Positions 17,827 through 26,982 of a DNA stretch of 40,359 nt are shown here, one piece after another. Under the pieces are notes generated by a model. It saw only the letters and a program-made list of their open reading frames with translations. It made no database searches and had not been told where the DNA came from. Position numbers and translations under genes: made by a program. This DNA comes from a bacterium (GTDB taxonomy: Bacteria > SZUA-79 > Acidulodesulfobacterales > Acidulodesulfobacteraceae), in NCBI GenBank assembly GCA_021828255.1, contig JAKASB010000003.1, positions 1-40,359 on the forward strand. The letters are read 5' to 3'. Position 1 is the first letter of the stretch; each line of letters begins with the position of its first letter.

Positions 17827-19344
17827 TTATTTATTATTATCGTTTTTAGACAATATATATCTTAAAGACCTCAAAGATAAACCCAGACTTTTTGCGGCTT
17901 CTAATTTAGAATTTTCCTTTTTTATCCTGTTTACCGCTATATATTTTTCGACTTCTTTGATAAAATCCGGAAGTGATAAATCCTTTTTTTTATTAATATC
18001 ATCAAATATACCGGCTATCTCCGCCATATAATTTTCGGCGCCGGTTATTTTAAGCGTTTCATTTCTCTGGACTTCGCCGGCTCTTTCTTTTGAAAGTATT
18101 GCGCCCTTTTCTTTTTTATCGTCATTAAAAATATAATCCGGAAGACATTCTATACCGATTTCTCTAAGCGCGTCTACCTCATCTGATATATCGCCCCCTT
18201 CGCAGTAAATACAGGCTCTTTCAATAAGATTTTCAAGTTCCCGAGTATTTCCAGGATAGTCGTAATCCATAAGAGTTAACGTCGCCCTCTGAGAAATAGA
18301 ATTTATCGTTTTTGAAAATTTTTTTATAAAATAAGAAATAAGTACAGGAATATCTTCCTTATGTTCCCTTAAGGGAGGCATCTTGATATTTATGGTATTT
18401 AACCTGTAATATAAATCGTCCCTGAATTTTCCGGCAGATATTAATACGCCCAAATCCTTGTTTGTAGCGGCTATTATCTTAATCTTCACAGACTCCTCAC
18501 TGTTGGAGCCTAATTTTCTATATATCTTTTCCTGTAAAATTCTCAATAATTTAACCTGAACCTGCATAGGCAGATCGCCTATTTCGTCTAAAAAAAGAAT
18601 TCCTCCGTCCGCATATTTTATCAAGCCCATTTTATCAACTTCTGCACCCGTAAATGCCCCTTTAACATAGCCAAACAGTTCGCTTTCTATAAGATTATCG
18701 GGAATAGCGGCAAGGTTAATCGGAACAAAAGGAATATTTTTTAAATTGCCGGAATTTTTGGAGTAATATTTATAAATCAGCCTCGCGGCAAGTTCTTTTC
18801 CCGTTCCCGATTCGCCTGTAATAAGAATATTATTAAAGGTTAAAGAAATTCTGGCTATCTCGCTTAAAATATTTTTTATCGCCTTAGACTCTCCTTTTAT
18901 TTCACCTGCGGTAAGATGAGCGGATTTCAGATTGTTTAATTCGTTAAAAACGGAAAAATAGTCTAAAGCTCTCTTGACGGTAATTTTGAACTCCTCATTG
19001 TCGAAGGGTTTTGTCAAATAATCGAACGCTCCTAATTTCATTGCTTCTATACCGGTTTTAATATCGGAATATGCCGTCATTAATATAACCGGAACCTGCT
19101 TATATTTTGAAACAAGATCCGCTCTTTCGCTCTTAAAATATTTTATAAAATCTATACCCGACATTTCGGGCATTTTAACATCGGATATGACCAAATTAAA
19201 ATTTTTTTCGTCAATAAGTTTTATTGCCGAATTTACGTTTTCGGCGGTAAAAATATCGTATCCTTCCAGTTTAAGAAGTATAGCTACCGATTCAAGTATG
19301 GATTTTTCGTCGTCTATTATTAATATTTTAGGTTTATCTTCCAT
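17827..19344 (-). CDS. pilR: Sigma54-dependent response regulator (NtrC family), PilR-like by context
   Basis: 505 aa with a receiver domain (LVISDVKMPEMSG), an AAA+ module (GESGTGKE and an intact GAFTGA in ESELFGYVKGAFTGA) and a C-terminal Fis-type HTH (EAAKSLGLSLRSLRYILSK). It follows the pilB-pilT-pilC-pilS genes. Confidence 0.75.
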   Translation of the reverse strand: MEDKPKILIIDDEKSILESVAILLKLEGYDIFTAENVNSAIKLIDEKNFNLVISDVKMPEMSGIDFIKYFKSERADLVSKYKQVPVILMTAYSDIKTGIEAMKLGAFDYLTKPFDNEEFKITVKRALDYFSVFNELNNLKSAHLTAGEIKGESKAIKNILSEIARISLTFNNILITGESGTGKELAARLIYKYYSKNSGNLKNIPFVPINLAAIPDNLIESELFGYVKGAFTGAEVDKMGLIKYADGGILFLDEIGDLPMQVQVKLLRILQEKIYRKLGSNSEESVKIKIIAATNKDLGVLISAGKFRDDLYYRLNTINIKMPPLREHKEDIPVLISYFIKKFSKTINSISQRATLTLMDYDYPGNTRELENLIERACIYCEGGDISDEVDALREIGIECLPDYIFNDDKKEKGAILSKERAGEVQRNETLKITGAENYMAEIAGIFDDINKKKDLSLPDFIKEVEKYIAVNRIKKENSKLEAAKSLGLSLRSLRYILSKNDNNK

Positions 19345-19357
19345 ATTAAAAAGTAAA

Positions 19358-21118
19358 TTAAGCCGGTATACTGATTTTTATTAAAGTTCCTCTACCCGCC
19401 CTGCTGATTATGTCTGCTTCTCCGCCCAAGCTTTCCGTTATAGAATAAACTAAAGACAATCCTAAACCAAAACCGTCTTTCTTAGTCGTAAAAAGCGGCT
19501 TAAACGCATTTTTTCGAGTAAAATCGTCCATTCCCTCTCCGTTATCCGAAACGTTTATCGAAATAAAATTTTTATCTCCGTTCATTTTTATTTTTTTTGA
19601 ACCTATTCTTATAATGCCTATTTTAGGAGCCGGAGCGCTGTTTTTAACGTCCTGCAATTTTCTTTCCAATTTCCTTTCTATAGATTGTACAGCATTTTGA
19701 ATTATATTTGCAAGTACCTGCCTGATTCTGCTTTTTTCGGAAAATATTGCCGTGTCTTTGCCGACGCTGTTATGTATTTTGATTCCGTTAACGGCATATT
19801 CGGATACTAATTCTTCTAAAAATAAAAAAAGATTAAATTTTTCAAAATTTCCGTTGCCGCCTATAGTTTTAGACTTGATTTTTACGAAACCTAAAAAATC
19901 GTTTACTAAATTATCCAATTTATGGACTTCGGTCGTTATGATGCCTATTAACCTTTTATAATCGTCTTCTTTGCAGTTTACACTTTCCGAACTTAAAACA
20001 TAAATAGACGTATTTATAGCCGAAAGGGGATTCCTTATCTCGTGCGCCATCCATCCCGCAAGTTTGCCTGCGGTCGCCAATCCCTCGTTAATCTTAGACT
20101 CTAATTCTAACTGTTTTATATATGTTATATCTCTAAATAATAAAATATATCTGCCTATTTTATAGCCGCCGGTTTCTAATTCGGTCATCCCAAACTCTAA
20201 AATTATATTTTTATGCTTTAATTCAAACCGTTTTAAATTATTTTCCACGTTTTTTTCTTGAGTTGAATTATTTAGTTTATTCTTTGTCTCTAATAAGTCT
20301 ATTGGAAAATTTTCAAAAATATCCGATATTTTGACATTAAATTTATGTAGAATGCCGGATTTATACTTAAACCCCCCGTTGGTAGAATTTAAATTAAGCA
20401 TCTGAATTGCGGCGTCATTCAAAAAAATAACCGAGTAGTCTTCATCAAGAACTATAATGCCCTGCGAGAAGCTGTTGAACAATTCTCTGTTAAAATTTTG
20501 CGAATTTTTTATAAATTCGTCTCTTTCAACAATTGTACTGCTCAGCATACCCAATTCCCCGGAAAAATGATACAAAAGCCAGCTGAATATTAAAACGCCC
20601 AGTATATTTGTGCTCGTTAGAAATAGCAGCTTATCTGGATTATATAAAAAGTATGAGTGGTATCCTATATCGAAATAGTATTGCAAATCTGCCGATAGTC
20701 CTATAGCTATAGCAGATGCAACGCCGAATATCATTACTCCGGCTCTTAAAAAAATAAATCCGGAAATTAATAATAATAAATAATATAAAAAAATAAATTC
20801 ATTGTTTAAGCCCCAGTTAAATAAAACTACAAAAGATATAAAGATAAAATCGGCAAAGAGCTGTGTAAAACCGAAATAAACCAAAAATTTATAATTTTCT
20901 TTTTTTTTGAGATAAGCCAGGATTGCGGAATAAATCAAGGTTAGGAATACTGCTAAGGCTATAAAGGAGTAAACAAAAATAGAGTAATGAATTACATCTT
21001 TAAAATTAATCAGGATATATGCGAGAATAATTACGGAAAAGGCGAGAATCCTGAAAATTATAGTAAATCTTATCTTATTATATAGTTCTCTATAACCGCC
21101 TTTATTATCGTTCTTCAT
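19358..21118 (-). CDS. pilS: Sensor histidine kinase, PilS-like by context
   Basis: 586 aa with a multi-TM N-terminal region and a PAS-like middle. It has the H-box HEIRNPLSAI and an HATPase domain (NAVQS, SDNGEGM, GFGLGLS). It has a 4-nt overlap with pilC. Confidence 0.65.
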   Translation of the reverse strand: MKNDNKGGYRELYNKIRFTIIFRILAFSVIILAYILINFKDVIHYSIFVYSFIALAVFLTLIYSAILAYLKKKENYKFLVYFGFTQLFADFIFISFVVLFNWGLNNEFIFLYYLLLLISGFIFLRAGVMIFGVASAIAIGLSADLQYYFDIGYHSYFLYNPDKLLFLTSTNILGVLIFSWLLYHFSGELGMLSSTIVERDEFIKNSQNFNRELFNSFSQGIIVLDEDYSVIFLNDAAIQMLNLNSTNGGFKYKSGILHKFNVKISDIFENFPIDLLETKNKLNNSTQEKNVENNLKRFELKHKNIILEFGMTELETGGYKIGRYILLFRDITYIKQLELESKINEGLATAGKLAGWMAHEIRNPLSAINTSIYVLSSESVNCKEDDYKRLIGIITTEVHKLDNLVNDFLGFVKIKSKTIGGNGNFEKFNLFLFLEELVSEYAVNGIKIHNSVGKDTAIFSEKSRIRQVLANIIQNAVQSIERKLERKLQDVKNSAPAPKIGIIRIGSKKIKMNGDKNFISINVSDNGEGMDDFTRKNAFKPLFTTKKDGFGLGLSLVYSITESLGGEADIISRAGRGTLIKISIPA

Positions 21119-22341
21119 CCATTAATAGCTTTTCCGAGATTGAATATCGGCAGATACATCGCAACGACAAGCGTCCCCACGACTACCCCGAGAAATACTA
21201 TTAATACCGGCTCCAGCATCTGTGTTAGATTATTAACGGCATTATCGACTTCTTCGTCATAATAATCGGCGACTTTGGCAAGCATTGCGTCAAGATTTCC
21301 GGTTTTTTCCCCGACCATAACCATCTGGATAACGAGAGGAGGGAACAGCTTAGTTTTATTCAAAGCAGTGCTTAAAGGCGAACCGGAAGAAACATCTTCC
21401 TTCGTCTGCATTAAGGATTCTTCTATAATTTTATTGCCGCTGGTTTTAGAAACTATGGCAAGTCCCGCAAGTATAGGCACTCCGCTTTCGACCATAGTAG
21501 AAAGAGTTCTTGCAAATCTTGCTATTGCAACCTTTTTAAGCAAAATTCCGATAATCGGTATTTTAAGTATAATTCTATCAATATTTCTCTTTCCACTTTC
21601 ACTTTTATGATAAGCCCTAAGAGCAAATATAAATATCCCTAACGCAATTATTACATATAGTATGTACGCCCTCATAAAATCGGAAAAGCCGATAACGTCT
21701 CTGGTAAGAGCGGGCAGTTTTGCTCCTACGCTTGAAAACAGATTTGCAAATACCGGAATAACGAAGGTCATAAGAATAACGATAACCCCGATTGCAACGC
21801 TTAAAACTACGATCGGATATATCATCGCCCCTTTGATCTTTCTTTTTAGTTTTAATATTTTTTCGAAATATACCGAAAGTCTTTTAAAAACTTTGTCCAA
21901 AACTCCGCCTTTTTCGCCGGATTCGACAAGATTGACATACAAATCGTTAAAAACCTTAGGAAATTTCCTAAGACTATCCGACAAAGACGCCCCGCTTTCT
22001 ATGTTTTTCCTTATCGTGGTTAAAATACCTTTTAATGCTTTATTTTTCTGCTGTTCTATCATTATAGACAAACCCTGAAGTATGGGGACGCCGGATTCTA
22101 TAAGCGAAGAAAACTGTCTGGTAAATACGATAAGATTATTATCGCTTATTTTGGTATTGGGACTTATTTCTTTTGTTCCTTGAAGGCTTAACGTGAAAAA
22201 TTCGCTCTTTTTCTTAACGTTGATTAGATAAACGCCCATCTTTCTTATCTCTTCGATCACTTGTTCGTAACTTTCGGCAGTAATCTCACCTGTTAAATAT
22301 TCTCCGGTATGTTTTTTCCCTTTCCATTGATAAGTCGCCAT
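21115..22341 (-). CDS. pilC: Type IV pilus inner-membrane platform protein PilC (GspF family)
   Basis: 408 aa with duplicated GspF-type domains (FTRQFSSLIESGVPILQGL and FARTLSTMVESGVPILAGL) and three TM segments. Confidence 0.85.
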   Translation of the reverse strand: MATYQWKGKKHTGEYLTGEITAESYEQVIEEIRKMGVYLINVKKKSEFFTLSLQGTKEISPNTKISDNNLIVFTRQFSSLIESGVPILQGLSIMIEQQKNKALKGILTTIRKNIESGASLSDSLRKFPKVFNDLYVNLVESGEKGGVLDKVFKRLSVYFEKILKLKRKIKGAMIYPIVVLSVAIGVIVILMTFVIPVFANLFSSVGAKLPALTRDVIGFSDFMRAYILYVIIALGIFIFALRAYHKSESGKRNIDRIILKIPIIGILLKKVAIARFARTLSTMVESGVPILAGLAIVSKTSGNKIIEESLMQTKEDVSSGSPLSTALNKTKLFPPLVIQMVMVGEKTGNLDAMLAKVADYYDEEVDNAVNNLTQMLEPVLIVFLGVVVGTLVVAMYLPIFNLGKAING

Positions 22342-22355
22342 TTAAGCACCTCCAA

Positions 22356-23603
22356 TTATAAGTTACCGAAATCTATTCCCGAAAAAGGTTTATCCTTGTC
22401 CATATCTGGTTTACCCATCATACCCCCCATAGCGCCTGGTCCGGTATTGTTGGAAACCGAATTCATAGCATTTAGACCTCCTATACCGGACATACGGTCC
22501 GCCGTACCGGCGTTTCCGGTCAAACCGCCTTTAGACATAACGCCGGAACTTATGGTCTGCTTTAATTCCTCTACGTCGGACGATTTATTATACGCATCTT
22601 CTTCGCTTATTATTTTTTTATTCACGAGCGACGCCAGCGCCTGATTCAATGTCTGCATTCCGAACTTTTCCTGTCCGAGCTGAAGCTGAGAATAAACCTG
22701 GTGGATTTTATTTTCTCTTATCAAATTTCTAATAGCGGCATTCGGTATCATTAATTCTGCCGCCAGCACTCTACCCGCAGAGTCTATCCTAGGGATGAGC
22801 GTTTGCGATAGAACCGCAACGAGGGATAAGGAAAGGGACGACCTTACTTCCGGCTGCTGATCTGTGGGAAATATATCTATAATCCTGCTTATTGTTTGAA
22901 CTGCGGAATTAGTATGAAGAGTTCCAAAAGTAAGATGTCCCGTTTCGGCAATAGTAAGAGCGGCTTCCATAGTTTCCATATCTCTTATTTCGCCGACAAG
23001 AACTACGTCCGGGTCTTCTCTTAATATATGCCTTAACGCCTCCGAAAAACTGCTTGAATCCTGACCTATCTCCCTCTGGTTAACAAGACATCCTTTGTGC
23101 GGAAAGACATACTCTATAGGATCCTCGATAGTGATTATATGTTCATGCCTGGTCTGGTTTACCTCGTCTATCATCGCGGCTAGAGTCGTTGTTTTGCCTG
23201 AACCGGTGGGTCCGGTTACAAGGACAAGTCCCCGGGGCGATTTGATAATTTCTCTTATCATAGGCGGAAGACCCAGCAAATCGATAGAAGGAATCTCATG
23301 AGGTATAACTCTGAACGCTCCTGCAACGGTTCCCTTGTCGTAATATAAATTACCCCTAAACCTTGAAACGCCTTTCTGGCTGAAAGAAAAATCCAGTTCG
23401 TGCGTTTCTTCAAACTTTTTCTTCTGTAAATCCGTGATGACGCTATAACATAAACCCTGTGTATCGGAAGGGGCAAGCGCCGGAAAATTGAGAGGGACAA
23501 GAGAACCTCTGAGCCTTATTTGCGGAGGCGTTCCTGCTGCTATATGAAGATCCGAGGCTCCCTGGTCCACGGTTGTTTTTAATAAATCGGCGATTGACGG
23601 CAT
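22356..23603 (-). CDS. pilT: Type IV pilus retraction ATPase PilT with a C-terminal low-complexity extension of about 70 aa
   Basis: 415 aa with Walker A GPTGSGKTT, Walker B DPDVVLVGEIRD, His box TGHLTFGTLHTN and the PilT-specific AIRNLIRE motif. The tail after about residue 345 is rich in Gly, Met, Asn and Ser. Confidence 0.85.
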   Translation of the reverse strand: MPSIADLLKTTVDQGASDLHIAAGTPPQIRLRGSLVPLNFPALAPSDTQGLCYSVITDLQKKKFEETHELDFSFSQKGVSRFRGNLYYDKGTVAGAFRVIPHEIPSIDLLGLPPMIREIIKSPRGLVLVTGPTGSGKTTTLAAMIDEVNQTRHEHIITIEDPIEYVFPHKGCLVNQREIGQDSSSFSEALRHILREDPDVVLVGEIRDMETMEAALTIAETGHLTFGTLHTNSAVQTISRIIDIFPTDQQPEVRSSLSLSLVAVLSQTLIPRIDSAGRVLAAELMIPNAAIRNLIRENKIHQVYSQLQLGQEKFGMQTLNQALASLVNKKIISEEDAYNKSSDVEELKQTISSGVMSKGGLTGNAGTADRMSGIGGLNAMNSVSNNTGPGAMGGMMGKPDMDKDKPFSGIDFGNL

Positions 23604-23689
23604 ATACTACTCCTGCGTTTTTATTAAAATATTTTATATATATTGAATATTTCTTTACATATTATATATATTATGCAAAAACTTTTATA

Positions 23690-25546
23690 TCAAGGTTGAA
23701 TATCTGCGCTTTTTTCGTCTAAATACTGAATAATTTCTTCCAGCGAAGTAGTTCCCTCTAAAAACCTTTCTTTTGCAGATTCTTTTAACAACCTCATTCC
23801 ATGATTTACCGCAATCTTCTGTATTTCAAATTCATTAGCATTTTCGTAAATTTTGTTCTTAACGTCGTCGCCTACGTTGAGAACTTCGTATATCGCGATT
23901 CTTCCTTTATAGCCGGTTTTATTGCACGCCGCACAGCCTTTCGCTTTATAAAAACGCTTTCCCGCAATTTCGGCGTTTGTAAATCCCAATTTAGATAGAA
24001 CGTTAACGTCGGCATAATAAGGTTCTTTGCATTCGACGCATAATTTTCTTATAAGCCTCTGTGCTATAACTAAATTTAGACTTGAAGCTATAAGAAACTG
24101 CTCCACTTTCATATTAATAAGTCTGGATATCGTGGATGCCGCATTATTTGTATGAATAGTCGAAAGAACCAGATGTCCGGTAAGCGCCGCCTTTATTGCA
24201 ATCTCGGCGGTTTCTAAGTCCCTGATTTCGCCGACCATTATAATATCCGGGTCCTGCCTTAGAAACGACCTTAAAGCGGAAGCAAACGTTAAACCGATTT
24301 CTTCGTTGACAAGAACCTGATTTATACCTTGAATATTATATTCGACGGGGTCTTCGGCAGTCGAAATATTTACGTCCGGTCTGTTTACCTCCGAAAGCGC
24401 GCTGTATAGAGTAGTAGTTTTGCCGGAACCCGTGGGACCGGTTACAAGGATCATCCCATAAGGTCTGTGTATGGCCGTTTTAAAATCTTTCAACTGTTCC
24501 TCGGAAAATCCTAATTTTCGCATATCGAGTTGAAGATTGGATTTATCGAGCACCCTGATGACGATTTTTTCCCCAAAAAGGGTCGGAAGACACGATACTC
24601 TCATATCGACTTCTTTATTATCCATTCTTGCCTTAATGCGCCCGTCCTGAGGTAGTCTTCTTTCGGCTATATCCATCTGGGACATTATTTTTAATCTTGA
24701 AATTATAGGATTTTTCAGCTGACCGGGTATTTTCATCTGTTCTATTAATTTTCCGTCCATACGGTATCTCACTCTGACGATGGATTCATAAGGCTCTACA
24801 TGAATATCGCTTGCATTCATTTTAACCGCATCCAAAAGAACTTTATTAACGAATTTTATAATGGGCTGTTCGGAAGACGACCTTTGAAGTTCCGATATGT
24901 CCACTTCCTCATTGGTTTCTTCGATGGCGATGGAGTTGAGATAATCTTTGTTTTCGGTAAGAATGCTGGATGCATTGTAATATTTAGATAATGCCGAGGC
25001 GATTTCATTTTCCGACGTAACGACGATTTCGATATTAAGGCCCGTTAAAAATTTTATATCGTCTAAAGCTTCGACCTTTGTAGGATCGGATACTGCAAGA
25101 TACATTGTATTACCCTGCCTTTTAAAAGGAACCACCTGAAGTTTAACCGCTAAATCGGGCGGAATAAGTTTTATTACGCTTTCAGGAATCTCACTGTCAA
25201 GTAGATTAACGGCTGCGGCGCCGAACTCTTTCGAAAGAAAAGAAACTAGATCCGCATCTTTAATAAAACCAAGTTTTGTAAGCTGCCTGCCTATGCTCCC
25301 GCCGACGCGTTTCTGTTCTTCAAGCGCAGAATTTAATTCCATGCCGGTTATTATACCGTTTTTTACCAGGATTTCTCCGAGTTTTAAATCTTTAAGCTTT
25401 TCGCCCTTGGCTGCTCCCGACCTTATTTTTTCCTGCATCAGCAAAGCGTTTGATATATCGTCTTTTTTTGCAACGCCGTGCTTTAATAAAATCTCGCCTA
25501 ATTTTTCATGAGTAAAATTAACCGGTGATATGAAGTCGTTATTCAT
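23690..25546 (-). CDS. pilB: Type IV pilus assembly ATPase PilB (GspE family)
   Basis: 618 aa with Walker A GPTGSGKTT, DPDIIMVGEIRD and TGHLVLSTIHTN. It has a tetracysteine motif (CVECKEP...CAACNKTGYKGR). The N-terminus carries two 24-residue motifs of the MshEN/T2SSE_N type. Confidence 0.9.
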   Translation of the reverse strand: MNNDFISPVNFTHEKLGEILLKHGVAKKDDISNALLMQEKIRSGAAKGEKLKDLKLGEILVKNGIITGMELNSALEEQKRVGGSIGRQLTKLGFIKDADLVSFLSKEFGAAAVNLLDSEIPESVIKLIPPDLAVKLQVVPFKRQGNTMYLAVSDPTKVEALDDIKFLTGLNIEIVVTSENEIASALSKYYNASSILTENKDYLNSIAIEETNEEVDISELQRSSSEQPIIKFVNKVLLDAVKMNASDIHVEPYESIVRVRYRMDGKLIEQMKIPGQLKNPIISRLKIMSQMDIAERRLPQDGRIKARMDNKEVDMRVSCLPTLFGEKIVIRVLDKSNLQLDMRKLGFSEEQLKDFKTAIHRPYGMILVTGPTGSGKTTTLYSALSEVNRPDVNISTAEDPVEYNIQGINQVLVNEEIGLTFASALRSFLRQDPDIIMVGEIRDLETAEIAIKAALTGHLVLSTIHTNNAASTISRLINMKVEQFLIASSLNLVIAQRLIRKLCVECKEPYYADVNVLSKLGFTNAEIAGKRFYKAKGCAACNKTGYKGRIAIYEVLNVGDDVKNKIYENANEFEIQKIAVNHGMRLLKESAKERFLEGTTSLEEIIQYLDEKSADIQP

Positions 25547-25663
25547 CCAAATTCCTTATACTTAATAAATAATAGTTATTTTTTTAACATTTTATCTATA
25601 TAAAATAAAATATAAAACAAACAAAATATTGCCTAATTAATTTTATCATATAATATGGAATTT

Positions 25664-26566
25664 TTAAAATATATCTCTTAAAACTTCCTTAATAGTATTA
25701 AAATCGGCTCTTTTACCCGTCCAGATATAAAAACTTTCGACAGCCTGAAATAACAGCATAGATAACCCGTTTGCGTATTCTAGCGATTTTTCTTTTAAAA
25801 CATTTAAGGAATCTAAGGAATCCGGAGAATAAGAAATATCTATCAAAAAAAATCTATTCTTAAAATTTTTTAAACCCGCAAATAGATTATTAATCAGCCT
25901 GCCGCTTTCGTCAGACGGCGTTACGGTATTAACGATAATATCCCATTTTTTCGATAAAATACTTTTTGAGACTGCGCCTGAATTAAAATCGGAACATAAA
26001 ATTTCTGCATGCGATTTTAAGTACGTTTTCCATAAATCAGCTTCTCTTTTAAGTTTATCCGCATTGTTTACACTGCGGTTAATTATAAAAACATCTTTAA
26101 CGTCTTCTTTTATTAAAGCATAAAGCACCGCTCTCGAAGCGCCCCCCGCTCCCAGAAGAATAACGCTCTTGCCGTTTAAATTTTCTTTGAATTCATAATT
26201 TACGGCTTTAATAAACCCGGTTATATCTGTATTATACCCGCGGTAACTGCCGTCTTCCTCCAAATTTATTGTATTGACGGCGCCGACTGTTTCAGCCTCT
26301 CCGCTTAAAGAACCGATATATTTTAAAACTTCCATTTTATAAGGCCTGGTAATATTTGCGCCTTTCATGCCAAGAGCCTTAAAACCGTTAAACGCGGCGG
26401 CAAATTTTTCAGGAGGAACATCAAACATGCCGTAACATAAGTTTGCTTCTAAGAGTTTATTTATAGAGCTATGTATCAGTGGGGAAAGAGAATATTTTAT
26501 ATTATAGCCGAAAATACCGGTTAAATATGGAGGAGCAAAAAAAACCGCGGTCTTTTGTTCTTTCAT
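25664..26566 (-). CDS. aroE: Shikimate 5-dehydrogenase
   Basis: 300 aa with SPLIHS, the NTD motif (YNTDITGF) and the NADP-binding GAGGASRAV. Confidence 0.85.
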   Translation of the reverse strand: MKEQKTAVFFAPPYLTGIFGYNIKYSLSPLIHSSINKLLEANLCYGMFDVPPEKFAAAFNGFKALGMKGANITRPYKMEVLKYIGSLSGEAETVGAVNTINLEEDGSYRGYNTDITGFIKAVNYEFKENLNGKSVILLGAGGASRAVLYALIKEDVKDVFIINRSVNNADKLKREADLWKTYLKSHAEILCSDFNSGAVSKSILSKKWDIIVNTVTPSDESGRLINNLFAGLKNFKNRFFLIDISYSPDSLDSLNVLKEKSLEYANGLSMLLFQAVESFYIWTGKRADFNTIKEVLRDIF

Positions 26567-26692
26567 ATCAAGTGTCCATCAGCAATTGTTTTAACAGATA
26601 GTCTATTTTCTTATTTAAAAAATTAATATTAATTTAATAATACAAAATAGATATAATTTTTTCAATAAGTTTTTTTGTTTAAACATATTTTA

Positions 26693-26721
26693 TTGATAAT
26701 TTTTTTTGTTTATTTTATAAT
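26693..26721 (+). promoter_or_regulatory. Candidate sigma70 promoter of xseB-ispA-dxs, positioned for a leaderless transcript
   Basis: TTGATA (26693-26698), an exactly 17-nt spacer, and TATAAT (26716-26721). Only 6 nt separate the -10 from the xseB ATG (26728), and there is no SD upstream of that ATG. Confidence 0.4.
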
Positions 26722-26727
26722 TAGTTT

Positions 26728-26982
26728 ATGAATGCCGCAGAAAAAAATTTAAACGATTTAACGTTCGAAGAAGCTCTGAAAAAATTAGAAGAAAACGTTT
26801 CAAGTCTCGAAAAAGGCGACCTTGGACTCGACGAATCTATAATAATTTACGAAGAAGGGATAAAATATTCGGATTATCTCCTTAAAAAACTTGACTCCGC
26901 CGAAAAAAGGGTTGAAGAGTTGAGCGCAAAAAACGACGGGAACGGTCAATCTTCTTTAAATACCGAGTCTTTAAATATATGA
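26728..26982 (+). CDS. xseB: Exodeoxyribonuclease VII small subunit
   Basis: 84 aa with the typical XseB N-terminal pattern (FEEALKKLEENVSSLEKGDLGLDESIIIYEEG). It is first in the conserved xseB-ispA-dxs arrangement. Confidence 0.85.
   Translation: MNAAEKNLNDLTFEEALKKLEENVSSLEKGDLGLDESIIIYEEGIKYSDYLLKKLDSAEKRVEELSAKNDGNGQSSLNTESLNI

Noticed and set aside
21276-21288. Sigma54-like TGGCAAGCATTGC
   Set aside because: The GG-to-GC spacing is two nt too short. It lies inside pilC on the antisense strand.
17827-25546. The whole window considered as an accessory or defence island or a novel multi-gene system
   Set aside because: Every long ORF except one small membrane protein and the TPR protein falls into a familiar housekeeping, pilus or two-component family, in a conserved gene order. 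There are no integrase, transposase, nuclease-helicase or other island hallmarks.
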